Below are positions 26,241-40,490 of a DNA stretch of 64,000 nt, in pieces (position 1 is the first letter of the stretch; every line of letters begins with the position of its first letter). The stretch lies in the NCBI RefSeq assembly GCF_009914755.1, contig NC_060937.1; one strand, given 5' to 3'. The stretch comes from the human T2T-CHM13v2.0 reference genome, Homo sapiens. A program made the translations under genes and the position numbers. The notes beneath the pieces are model-generated. The model was not told the DNA's origin. It searched no databases and worked only from the letters and a program-made list of their open reading frames with translations.

Positions 26241-28069
26241 TCTGTTTGTTTCTCTATGCTCTGCGAAGGAAGGAGCCCGCCTTCTCCTATACATAGGTGT
26301 ATTTCGTATTTCCTCTTGACTCCTAGGTTGAGCTGGTTCTGTTCAATACCCCTTCAAAATAATGATCACAAAGATTAAGAGTAAGCCTTTTGGAAGACAC
26401 AGTGCTATTTCCATAGAAAAATCTATCTTGTGATGTGGGACATTTTTGTTTCCATTACAAAAATGACAGCTTGTGGCTATGAAAACAGCTGATGAGACGT
26501 TTTAATAGTGTTGTGTGAGCTCCTGATAATGGTGCCATTAATCTTAGCATCATTCAGACTTGAGCAGACTCTAGCGGGTCATCTGTTGCATTGTGAGTGT
26601 TTGATTTCATTATTTTTGAGCCATCCCTGATTAGATGAGAGGCGGTGCAATCGTAGACGTCGCCCAAGGCGGCCTTCTCCGTAAATAATCACTCACTCCT
26701 TCTGTCCCACAGCTCCTGGGCTATCAGCTCTCTGGGTCTCCCTGCCTTAGAGGCAGGCTGAACTTTGCTGCCTGTAGGTTACCATGCAACAGGAGCTGGG
26801 ACCGGTGCAGAGTAACCAAGTGTAGCTGGTCACGGGAGACTAAAGAGCAAAGGTATTTGTACTCTATGTTCTCTGTCCATCCTTGGAATTTTTCATCAAT
26901 ATTTTCAGTCACCCTGAATCCATTCTGGAATTCAAAACACGTAATAATGATGCCATGTAAAGGAATTATTGCAGATGTCTACATGATCCCTTTGAAACAA
27001 TCCTTTACATTTTAGAAAAATATCTTCCTTTGAAGAAGAGATGCCCATAAGGGCCTATTGGCTCCTACTGACCTACATATTTTTGATTTCCTAATACCTA
27101 ATACTTCAGGCCCACTTTTGGCAATCCACCAGGAATTTGAAGTAGAGAGACTTTGAGTTAGATACTTTCATACAATAAATTTTATCTGACAAGTCAAGCA
27201 CTTGCTTTTATTACCATGTCTCATTTTCCCAGGCATATACACTTTACAGATTCAAAGGGCCTCTCCACTACCCCAGCCCTGGGTAGTACATGTGCTCTTT
27301 GTAAAACTTTCTTTAAGTGAGATAAAATGAGACCATTTTTTCTAATTACATTGTGTGTGGAAAATTTACTTTTAAAAATAAATGCCTACAAATTTCTGAG
27401 GCAAATGCCACTAATAAGAATATTCATAAAGCCATCTTTATACCATTCAAATTTTATCTGTAATTGTTTGACTGTTTTTATACAATGCTATCAAATCAGT
27501 TTTCTTCCTCTCATATAAATATAGTTGCTGAGGGAGGGAACAGAGCTCAGGGTGTTTTAATTAGTTCAGCGATTTAAAGGTCGTTCCCTTTATGTGTTTG
27601 TAAGTATTAAAAAGCTTTTCTGGATTATACTCTCATGGTACGATACTCTTACTGCAGAGAAAAAGCCTATTACACTATCCTTTATCCCAGTGGAGAACAC
27701 ATTTTACACTGCTGGCTACAATTAATTGCCTTTCACTGTGCAATACTGAAAGAGAGATTGAAAATGTATATTATCTGATGTCAGGCAATTGGGGATGTGC
27801 TTTGTAGGGTATCACGTTAAAACAGCAAAATTAAAACCACTGACTGCCCCTCTTAAACTGAAGCTATAAACTCTTCACCCAGAAATTCCCTTGGCTCTTC
27901 AGCAAGATTTCCAAGCCCCATTTCTCTCTGAGTTCTTTTTGCTGCAGAGTATGTATGAAGGAGAGCTCGTGTCTGTGCCCCCATCTCCTGTTTATGCATT
28001 TGTTCATTTCATAAGGAAATCATGAGTTTCTGGCCTCCCCCAGCCACTGCGTTTGGAGTTCTGTTGTGA

Positions 28070-28215
28070 ACAAAGCCAAGTACGCCTAAATCCTGGCCTG
28101 ACCACTTTCGAATTCTGAGACACTGGGCAGCTAACTGACTTCACTTCTCTGTGCCCGATTTTCCCTGTCAGTCAAACCGGGACCCTAACAGTGCTTACCT
28201 CATATAGTTACAGAG
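28070..28215 (+). mobile_element. MIR
   Basis: aaatcctggc..gaccactt...gggcag...cttctctgtgcc.gattttccc.gtc.gtcaaa..ggga..ctaacagtgcttacctcata. Confidence 0.7.
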
Positions 28216-28289
28216 AGAAGATGGAGAAAGTAGCTTTACTTTCCAGGAACACAGAAATGCAATGGGCACGCTTTTACATTTCTGTGTGT

Positions 28290-28420
28290 GTGCTTTAAGA
28301 TCTTCCTAAGGGCTTTTACATACATGATCTCACTTTATCCTCCTGCTAGCTTTGCAAGGTAGTATTATCTTTATTCTATTCAAGAACTGAGGAAACTGAG
28401 GCCAGAAAAGGGTCACAGAT
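28290..28420 (-). mobile_element. MIR
   Basis: ttttacatacatgatctcactttatcctc...aaggtagtattatc...tgaggaaactgaggcc. Confidence 0.7.
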
Positions 28421-29865
28421 GAGCCTGACATCCCCCCAAGTGTCCCTCAGTACATAATAGCACTCCTAGACACGGCTTCACAAAGCCCATCTTGCAGAGA
28501 ATTACCTAATGACAAAAAATATATTAAAGTTAGCAGCCATCAGCTTATAGTCTTGGAGTCATATTCTGGTTTGCAGTAGATGACTGTTTGTGGGTTCTCT
28601 GAACTGCCTGGCCAACTACTTTGATACAAATGCACTGAGGCCAGAAATCCCAATACTAACAACTCTTCCTTAAAGGAAAACATTGACCTTTTCCTATGAT
28701 ATTTGTCAAAAATGTGCATAGACCTACAAGTGGGAGCACCTTTAGTCTATAATGCTTCAAAGTGCATGATTCATCAGCCTAGTTCTTGAAAGGAAAAAGC
28801 TGGCTAGAAAGATCTGGAGTCTAGGAGAAAGAGAGATGTCATGAAGAGAAGCAGAAAGCAGTGGTGTCAGCCCTGTAGCATCTTAGTCGTCTTGACTTTT
28901 TAGCCTCAGGGGAAGCCCTACAGACTACTGATGGTAGCATGTGTCACCTGGAGCCAGAGGGAAGTCAGCAAAACACGTCAGGTTCAGCATTCCAGACATA
29001 GTCCTCAAGGCTTGTTATCTGACCCAATTGTATCTGTTGAATCTAATCTACACTTTTATTAATAAAAGCAAAGCCACTGCCCCTTCTGGATGTGCACATA
29101 AACCTACTCTTGCATCTTGATTGATGCTGATCCTTTTAGGATAGCACCAAAGGAGACTTGAACTTCTCTACTTTTTTTTTTAATTTAATGAGGTGCTAAA
29201 CATGCAGTTTAATTATAAGCACTTAAATTACAGTGACGTCAGTGTCTTTGCTGCTGAGGGACAGCCAAGGAGGAGACTGTCGGACCTGGAGTGGTTCTCA
29301 TTCCATAGGAACACATGGACTCAGCACAGGAGCATGTGGAAGTGGCAGGGGGACCTTTAGGTAATGTCTAGGAATAGCTGGCTTCCATTCGAGATTTTGT
29401 GGAAAGAGCAAAGCAAGGCAATAGAAATTACTGGAAAGGTGAGGAGTAGTAGTTTAATAGACACAACAAAGGTTAATTGCTGTGTGTATGAATTCTTTTC
29501 TGCTATTTTAAACAAGCTTCATGGAAAAGTTCAACTGACAGACCAGTTATTAATAGATTCAATAGGTTCCAAACTACGTGGAAATTTTTTCTATTTAAAA
29601 TGAACAAAGTATGCATTATTTTAGTTTTTCTCTTACATAGAGTTTTCAAAAAAATGCTTTCCACATTTCAAAACCAAACATGTTTGCTGTGGATAAAGAA
29701 GCCAAAACAAAGCATTGATCAATTATTAATTTATAGACATGTATTGTTTATATCCACGGCACACAATTTTAAATAAAAAAAATAGGGAGCATTTTTGTTA
29801 GTTTGTAATAGTTTTATTCACTATTTTAATGGACTATCAGTATGCTAATTTGTGAGTATGCCATT

Positions 29866-30167
<302 letters not shown>

Positions 30168-30184
30168 CCATGATTTATTTTTTT

Positions 30185-30485
<301 letters not shown>

Positions 30486-30835
30486 GATTTATTTTTTTTA
30501 AATACCAAATATAGAGATTTCTGTACTGACAAATTATTTATGTAGAACAAACAAAGTCATTAACGGTATATTTAAAGCTTGATGCGATTTAAAAATAAAT
30601 TCCTAGAAAAAAAACTACATCCAAAAGTATGCAAATGTCTAATGCTCTGAAAGTATTAGCTGAGCATTGCAAACGCACCCGCCACAAAGTTTGTAGTGAG
30701 TAGTTATCAGTAAGAACTGTTATAAATGAGTGCCATTTTCTTCTGCACCTTGCCAGCCCCTTAAAGTATCACATTTTGGCACTGGAAATTACGTAAGAAA
30801 AACATATTTTTTAAAAATTGAAATTATTTAGTCTT

Positions 30836-32180
<1,345 letters not shown>

Positions 32181-32182
32181 AG

Positions 32183-32815
32183 GGATACTGGTAGATTCTG
32201 AAAGTCTTACTCTGATATTTATTGTCTATTTTAAACTTGTAATAATAAAGTTCCTCAAGTTTTAGCTGAACACACAACTACCTCAAAAGAGGCTACTTCC
32301 CAACTTTTGTTGAAATTAGGCCATGCAGTTAATTTCTGGCCAATGGAATGTGTGCACAAGTGATATCAGCAACACGTGGCTTACTTCCTTAAAGGTAACT
32401 CCTTTTTCTAGGCTCTCTACCGACTTCCTCTAGACTTTTTCCTTCTGGCATGTTGGGAAATAGCAACAATTGGAATAGCCACCTTGGACCGAGAGATGGA
32501 AGCTAGTTGTTGAATTCAGTAGAGTCCACCTACCTGATTGAAAGCCCGGACTCACTCAAGAAGCAGAGTAGTTTATCAGTCAGGACCACTGTCTTCCTGA
32601 GACAAGAGACTCAGGTAAGGGAGATATATATGTACATATATATATATATGCACAAATACTTATATATGTATGTATAATTTAAATAAATTTAATGTAAAAT
32701 ATAAATATGTTATATATACAGGTATACACAAATTATACATTTATACATAAATATTTAAGCAATTGTGGTCTAGTGTTTCTTTCTTAAAACAGCTAAGTCT
32801 ATACCCTAATATACA
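32183..32815 (+). mobile_element. LTR33-like ERVL LTR with internal TA-rich expansion (~32623-32755)
   Basis: agttttagctgaacac...ggccatgcagttaatttctggccaatggaatgtg...agccaccttggacc; ends cctaatataca. Confidence 0.75.
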
Positions 32816-32929
32816 CATCAATTAATATAGGCTAGTCTAATAATCTTTCCATACCATGCAAAATTTATTGACTACTATTTAACTTACGGTTTTTACATGT
32901 GGTTTTATTAATGAACTGGCCTGTACTTG

Positions 32930-33190
32930 AGAGAGGCAAGATGGCGTGAGAACAGGGACTCTGAAGCCAGACTTCTTCAGTCTGAATCAGGTTTCTCTTT
33001 CTTTATGGCTCCAACCTTGAAGATATTTACCATCTCTGTGATTTATTTCCTTCACATTTAAAATTGGGAAAGTCATCACATGTATTCCAATGATTGATGT
33101 GATAATGAAATAAGTAAATATAAGTAAAGGACTTTAGATAGTACCTGGACAGAGTAATGCTCAATGAATTCCACCTATTATTACTGTTAT
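32930..33190 (+). mobile_element. MIR
   Basis: gggactctgaagccagac...tttccttcacatttaaaattggg...gtaaaggacttt.gatagtacctggacagagtaatgctcaat. Confidence 0.75.
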
Positions 33191-33510
33191 TGTAAGTGTG
33201 AATGTGTGCATTTGTTGTTGTTGTTGTTGTTGTTGTTAACAGGTTTTAGTGTCCTGGTTATCCTACTGCCTTTATTGAATCAATGTTTGTTTTTTCCCAT
33301 TTTTAATTTCTTTGTCGTGAAACAGTTTAACTAGCATCGCCATCATCGTTTTGAAGTTTGTGGGTTTTCCTTTACACAGTTTTAATTTATCCTGATGAAG
33401 TTGGGCTGCCTCTTTTCTTTTCCATGATTATTTTATCTTCTGTTGATCTTATTCTAGGATTGGCTATTCCTGGAAATTATCTCTTCTAAATCACCACCAT
33501 AGGGCTGAGG

Positions 33511-33656
33511 CTTCCTGAAAGTTAGCATTTGCCTAAAACCAAAGCTTAAACGCCCCCATATAGATTGTGGCACAGGTCTCTCTAAGTCCAAGGAATTGCT
33601 CTGTGCCACATCAAAGTGAAATTATTGGGACAGTCAGATTAATTATTGAAATTATC
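33511..33656 (+). repeat. Donor copy of a 146-bp local duplication
   Basis: Matches 35634-35780 with 8 substitutions and 1 indel (hand alignment). Confidence 0.95.
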
Positions 33657-33982
33657 CAAACTTCTCAACTCCCGTTTCCTTTCTTCAGCACAGGCACATG
33701 ACTTGTGAACAAAGGTGCCTGTTCGGCCTGTTCATGCACACAGCATGATAGTAATAAGACAGTACAGGCTACAGAAGATGGGGAACCTGAGACAAGTCAT
33801 GTTGCTGCAGTTTTCAAGACATGTGCTCTTCTATGTCTTCCTGTCACCCCTCTCAACACTATTGAGAATGTCTATATGTAATGAACATTATGGGAAATAT
33901 AATTAACTACAGATCAGTCACCCTTCTGCCAAAAAGCAACAGCTGAAGTGATGAGGCTACATGGAAAAGGAGTTATGGTTGC

Positions 33983-34446
33983 TCTAGTGGTTTGAATTGC
34001 TCCCCAACATTGGCCCCAACAAAGAAAAAATGATATCAAGTTCTAAACCCCAGTGCCTATGAATGTGACTTCATTTGGAAATAAAGTCATTGAAAATCTA
34101 ATGAAGTTGAGATCATGCTGGATCAGGGTAGGCCTAGATCCAATGAGTGGTGTGTTCAGTGGATAAAGGAGAGGGAAATCTGTACACAGAAACACACACA
34201 CAGAGAAGACCACTGGAGACAGAGGCAGAGGTCTGAGGGATGCAGCTATAAGCCAGGAAAGGCCAAAGATTGCTGGCAACCACAAGAAGCTAGAAGAGGC
34301 AAGGAGGGGTTGTGCTTTTCAGGCAGAGCTTGGTCCTGCTTCCTGATTTCTGACATCTAGGCTCCAGAAGTGTAACAGAATAAATTTCTGTTTTAAGCCA
34401 GTCAGTTTGTGGCACTTTGTAATGGAGCCCCCAGAAAATTATTACC
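33983..34446 (+). mobile_element. MLT1C 5' LTR
   Basis: gaatgtgacttcatttggaaata...gattgctggcaaccac.agaagctagaagaggcaagga...aataaatttctgttttaagcca. Confidence 0.9.
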
Positions 34447-35992
34447 GATTTTGATATCAGGATGTAGAGTGCTAAGTAACACATACCTGAAAATATGGGA
34501 GTGACTTTGGAATTGGGTTATGGATGGAGGTTGTAAGCATTCTGAGGCATATAAAAGAAAAAGCCTAGATTGCCTAGATGAAGTCGTTGGTAGAAATATG
34601 GACAGTAAAGACACTTTGGAAGAGGAGTCCAAAAGAGACTGCAAGTGTAGAGAAGGCTTCTGTAGTCTTAGTGGTACCTGTGTCTTTACAAACATAATGT
34701 TGGTAGAAATAGCAGCATTAATAATGCTCCTGGTAAGGTCCCAGAAAGAAACAATGAACATATTATTGGATAGCAGTGGAAATGCAATCCTCATTATAAA
34801 GTTGTAGAAAATGTGGCTGAATAGCTGCATTACTATTGTGAAGAAGGAAGAACTTGTAAGTGACAAACTTGGCTACTTAGTGGAGGAGGTTTCCAAGCAA
34901 AGTATATAAGGTGTGGTCTGTTTCTCCTTGCTGCTTATAATAAATTGTGAGAAGAAAGAGATAAATTAAAGAAGGAACCATTAACAAAAAGGGAAGCAGC
35001 ACTTAATGATTTGGAAAATTCTCATCCTATCCATATTACAAAAGATGCTGAAGCATGCTCTGGAGACAACATCAAGGATACAGCAGGACAACCTTCTAGA
35101 GGGGAGGTGAGGCGTGTCTGCTCAAGGATCCAATCAACCATCATGGCAGCAGTCAGGAATAGTGATTCATTATCTGGGAAGAACCAGTGGACAATTCCCT
35201 TGTCTGCTGGTGTGGTTTCCCTTGACATACGTGAAACACACAAGGGTTTTAATAATGTTATACAAAAAATAAAATAAAATAAAAACCTGCCACTTTGACT
35301 GAAGGGAATAGAAATGGGATAAAAGAAAGGACAATTGTCATATTCAGGGATTTCATAGGCAGAAAAATGGCCTATAGAATTACTCGTCTATGAACGCATG
35401 TTGTCTTTCAAGAAAAAGGGAAGAGTGACTCTAAAAACAACGAGGCAGAGGCCAGAGGCCAGAGGCAGTGAAGTTGTCCCAGAGGACAGAAATGTGTGCC
35501 CCAGGATAGGCCTGAGAAAATCTATCCTATGCCTGTCCCACCACTGCATTTTAGAGGCAGAGAACTTTTTCTCTGGTGTCATAAGTCCACAGCTAGGGAG
35601 AAATTTCACTCAAAAATGAATCATACCCAAAGTCTTCCTGAAAGTTAACATTTGCCTAAAACCAAAGCTTAAAAGTCCCCATATAGTTTGTGGCACAGGT
35701 CTCTCTAAGTCCAAGGAATTGCTCTCTGCCACATTAAAGTGAAATTATTGGGACAGCTCAGATTAATTCTTGAGATTATCTTACAAGTGAAAGACCCAAA
35801 GTCTTACCCATATTTGATTTAAATAATTTAAATGATAAGATTTGGGACTTTTTGAGCTAATGATATTTAGATGATATTTTGGACTTAGAGTTGATGCTAG
35901 CACAGGTTAAGGTTTTGGGGGATGTTGAAATGGGGTGAATATAATTTGTATATTGAAAGAATGTGAATTCGGGGAGGGGACAGAGGACGGAC
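34447..35992 (+). mobile_element. MLT1-int internal sequence (contains the inserted duplicate 35634-35780)
   Basis: Starts gattttgatatcagg directly after the LTR; MaLR-int phrases (gtgactttggaattggg, tttccaagcaaagt); purine-rich PPT before the next LTR. Confidence 0.85.
35634..35780 (+). repeat. Inserted copy of 33511-33656
   Basis: Flanked by acccaaagtctt at 35625-35636 and 35794-35805. Confidence 0.95.
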
Positions 35993-36076
35993 TGTAGTGG
36001 GTTGAACTGCATTCCTCAGAAAAACGTTCGGGTCATAGTCCCCAGTCCTCGTGAGTGTGACCCTATTTGGAAATAG
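35993..36076 (+). mobile_element. MLT1C 3' LTR, truncated after ~85 bp
   Basis: tgtagtgggttgaactg...gagtgtgaccctatttggaaatag, then an abrupt switch to L1 sequence. Confidence 0.8.
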
Positions 36077-36084
36077 TACATCAT

Positions 36085-37240
36085 TTAGTGCTTTTCTCCT
36101 GTGGTTGCAACAAGTATGTTCGTTCTCAACGTTTCCATTCAGCATTGTTCTGGAAGCCCCAGTCAGAGGCATAAGGCGTGAAGCAAGAAAGCATTCAAAT
36201 TGGAAAAGAAGAAGTAAAACTATACTTCTTTAAAGGTGTGATTGGTAGACATAGAAAAACTTTATGAGATATTCCAAAAAGGGGGAAAAAACTAATTAAT
36301 AAATTTATCAGGGTCACAGAACTAAACGGTCGATATACACAGATTCATTATATTTCCACATAGTAGTAAAAACTGAAAATGTGTATTTAAAAGTATAAAT
36401 TGAAATTTTAAAATAAAATTTAAAAGCATTTTAAAAATCAAAACATGTAGGGATAAATTTTACAAAATATGGGCAAAAATTTAAAAAGACACTTCAAAAG
36501 CGAAGACACTTACAAATGCCCAGTAGACAAAAGTACCCAACATCTTTAGTCATCAGGGAAATATGAAATCAAACCACAGAGATGCAGTTTCACTCCAACT
36601 AGAATGGCCAAGGGGTGGCAGATGTGAAGCAACTTGAGCACTCCTGCGTTGATGGTGGGAGGAATTATCAACGTTGAAGACGTGTTTGGCAGTTTCTTGT
36701 ACAGTTAAACATACTTTCACCTTTGACCCAGAAATTCCTTTTTTCTTTGGCATTTACCTAAAAGCAATGAAAACATATATTCATAAAAATACTTATTCAA
36801 CACGTACATAGCAACCTTATTCATAATACCCAAAATTCATGAATGGTGAATGGAGAATAAACAAATTGTGGTACATTCTTACAGTGAAATAATAGCAAAA
36901 TAAAGGAAAATCTACTACTGATACATGCAACAACATGGATTAATCTGAAAAACATCATACTGAGTGAAAGAGGGCAAACACAGTAGAATCTATGACTGCA
37001 TGATTCAGTTTATATCAACTTCAAGAGCAGGCAGAAGCTCATCACTAATCTTAGAAATCACAACAGCGGTTGCCGCTGGGGTGCACTTGAAAGGAGCCTG
37101 AGGTCAGCTCTTAAGCATTGAAAATGTTGAGCATCTTGTTTTGGGTGGTGGTCACATGGGCAATCAATTGTTAAATCTCACTGAGCATTTAAAATCTAGG
37201 CATCTTATTTTGTGGAAATTACACACCCATGAAGTAAAAA
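36085..37240 (+). mobile_element. L1ME/L1MD-type ORF2 fragments and 3' end
   Basis: cattcagcattgttctggaag..., aattggaaaagaagaagtaaaact, tagtcatcagggaaat, acatgcaacaacatggattaatct. Confidence 0.75.
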
Positions 37241-37641
37241 CAAAAAGAACAGTACTATCGGGGAAAAAAAAAAATGAGTATTTGCAGAAAATTTCCAAAG
37301 CTTTGAGTTGAATAAAATCCGAAAGAAGCATGTATTTATGTGAATTTTAAATCTCTTGTCTAAGCTGTCCTAATTCCCAGTTACGATATGAGTAAGAAAA
37401 ACTGGAAATATTTTACTTAAATCATGATAACTTAAAAAACTTTTTTCAAAATCTCCTTCTTTATGGAAGAATTCACTTTTAATTTCCCTAATATTTCTCT
37501 TTCTAGATATGTTAGCATTAAAGCTCCTTTCTGTCTTCTGTGCCTGCATTGTCTCCAAAAGGCAAGCTGAACAAATTCCTATATTTCTAAGAGTTTCCTC
37601 CAGTGACAAGCAACTGGACTTTCTACTCCAGGCAAAAATAA

Positions 37642-38097
<456 letters not shown>

Positions 38098-38108
38098 TTC
38101 AAATGCAC

Positions 38109-38398
38109 TTTTTTTTTTTTTTTTTTTTTTTGAGGCAGAGTCTTGCTCTGTCGCCCAGGCTGGAGTGACCCAGTGGCGTGGCTCACTGCAAGCTCCGCCT
38201 CCTGGGTTCACGCCATTCTCCTGCCTCAGCCTCCCCAGCAGCTGGGACTACAGGCGCCTGCCACCACGCCCAGCTAATTTTTTGTATTTTTAGTAGAGAC
38301 GGGGTTTCACCGTGTTAGCCAGGATGGTCTCGATCTCCTGACCTCCTGATCCGCCCCCTCGGCCTCCCAAAGTGCTGCGTGAGCCACCACACGCGGCC
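38109..38398 (-). mobile_element. AluY, tandem with the previous copy; ~10-bp deletion near 5' end
   Basis: gcaagctccgcc, ttcacgccattc; agtgctg|cgtgagcc lacks ggattacagg. Confidence 0.95.
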
Positions 38399-39847
38399 AG
38401 TTTTTCCCTTTTGTTTTCTTTTTTTTTTAACACACTTTACTTTTACTTCCAGGTGAGTATTAATTTAAAACTCACTTTAGATAGTTTAGATAATATGGAC
38501 AAAAACTGAAAATATATTTCTCAAGAGAAGATATACAAATGGTCAGTAATTAAATGTAAAAGTGTCTCATAAATTTATTTTCTGTATGCAAATTTGCTTA
38601 TTTTTTAGCTATTTTAAAATATTTTTAACTTTGTTTAGTACCTACATTAGACCCGTATAGTTAAAGAAACTTAAATACAAGTGATAACCTAGTTAATGTG
38701 TCTCATTTTTTAATAAACACTGAAATAATATCTATTTAATCCCAACTGAAACTGAGTCTGGGGCATCAGCTTTGTCTTCGGGATTGTTGTTTGACATTAA
38801 TTTAGCTATTTCCTTCACACAGATTAATATTTCCAATTACAGAGTGTTGACTCTTGTGTTATTTCCACATTACAGTGTTTTGGTATTCCACATTAGAAAG
38901 TTTTCTTGTTTGTGGTTAAAACAATTGATAACCTGGGAGCAGTTTCTCCTTTATACATGTCTCTGAAGCCAAAAAAGACTAAATGGCAACTGGTATACAT
39001 TATTCATCACAAAGAATAAAACAATATAGATACACTTTATTTCATTATTAGACTTCACAGATGGACATAAGGTTATACTTGGAATATTGATGATGGTCCA
39101 GCCTTCAGCAGCTTTTCCCTCCTTTGTATCACATACTCTGAGTTGACAATGTCTACATGGGCTTAGAAGCCTGTTCTCTTCGAAAAGGCTTTGAAGGAAT
39201 GCAGTTACTTCATTGCTGTATAGTAGCCTGTACCTCAGGATATCCTAGAGATGAAACAAATAAATATTGGGATTTGCTATGTCATGTTTGATCCCTCAGT
39301 GAGAGCATAATGACAGTGCAGAGCCTGCTCCAGACATCCTCAATGCTGTAGCTTTCCCTCCCCAAAAGTAAACAAATGTTTGGCAGAGAATCAGTTGGTC
39401 CATATGCTTGTAGGTGGCAGAATATTTACACAGAAACGTGTTCCAACCTTTATTTTCACCTCTCTCTTTTAAAGTGTTTGTTTCAGCTTTCATGAGAAAG
39501 GATTTCCAAAATAAAAATACTTTCCTACAAAGGCTTTAGCTGTCACCTTAAATTATTACCTTAAGAGCCCTTAAAATGTCATGTTAATAACAGCAGAAAT
39601 ATAGGAGGAAAAGACCTGCACTGGAGAGTAAAATATATTTTGGAAAATTTGTATTTTCTAGAACCTTGTCTACTACTTGAGGTTTTGTAGAGAGGTGGTG
39701 AGGGTGGTATGTGGGGTTGGGGGGAGGAATGGAGTATATTGCTGGGGCTCAATCAATGAGAGAACAAGACTAATAGAACTTTAAGAAACAATGTGCCTGA
39801 TTTTACAGATGACTTCTGTACAAGCATCCTCTTGATTTTTAGAAATG

Positions 39848-40277
39848 CAGTTGAAACTTGAACAACACAAGTTTGAACTGAACTGGTGACTTATATGTGA
39901 ATTTTCTTCAGTTTCTGCCATCTCTGAGACAGCAAGACCAACCTCCTCTTCCTCCTCCTCCTCAGCCTACTCCAGGTTAAGATGACAAGGATGAAGACCT
40001 TTACGATGATCCATTTCCACTTAATGAAGAGTACATATAGTTCCTCTTCCTTACGATTTTCTTAATAACATTTTCTTTTCTCCAGCTTATTGTCATTGTA
40101 AGAATACAGTGTATAATACATATAACATACAAAATATGCGTTAATCAACTGTGTATATTATCAGTAAGGCCAGCAGTAGGCTATTAGTAGTTATTTTTGG
40201 GAGCCACAAGTTATATGTGGATTTTTGACTGCTTAGGGCCAGAGCCCCTAAGCCTCGTACTGTTCATGAGTCAACGG
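39848..40277 (+). mobile_element. Tigger2a (MER28) TcMar DNA transposon
   Basis: TIRs cagttgaaacttgaacaac / gttcatgagtcaacgg; gagacagcaagaccaacc..gatgacaaggatgaagacctttacgatgatcca; ~430 bp. Confidence 0.9.
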
Positions 40278-40323
40278 TGTGCCTTTTACTCATGCATATC
40301 TTTTACTGTAAATAAAAGATGAA

Positions 40324-40490
40324 GGGCACAGTGGAGTGCACCTGTAGTCCCAGCGACTTGAGAGACTGAGGTGGGAACCCAGGAATTCAAAGCTACAATG
40401 AGCTATGATTGTACCGCTGCACTCCAGCCTGGGCCACAGAGCAAGACCTCATCTCTGTTAAAAAAAAAAATGATTAATTAAAAAAAATTA
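40324..40490 (+). mobile_element. FRAM / AluJ right monomer
   Basis: gggcacagtgg..cctgtagtcccagc...gagctatgattgtaccgctgcactccagcctggg..agagcaagacc followed by an A tail. Confidence 0.85.

Noticed and set aside
34402-34866. 154-aa and 95-aa ORFs
   Set aside because: Within decayed MLT1-int; not a host gene
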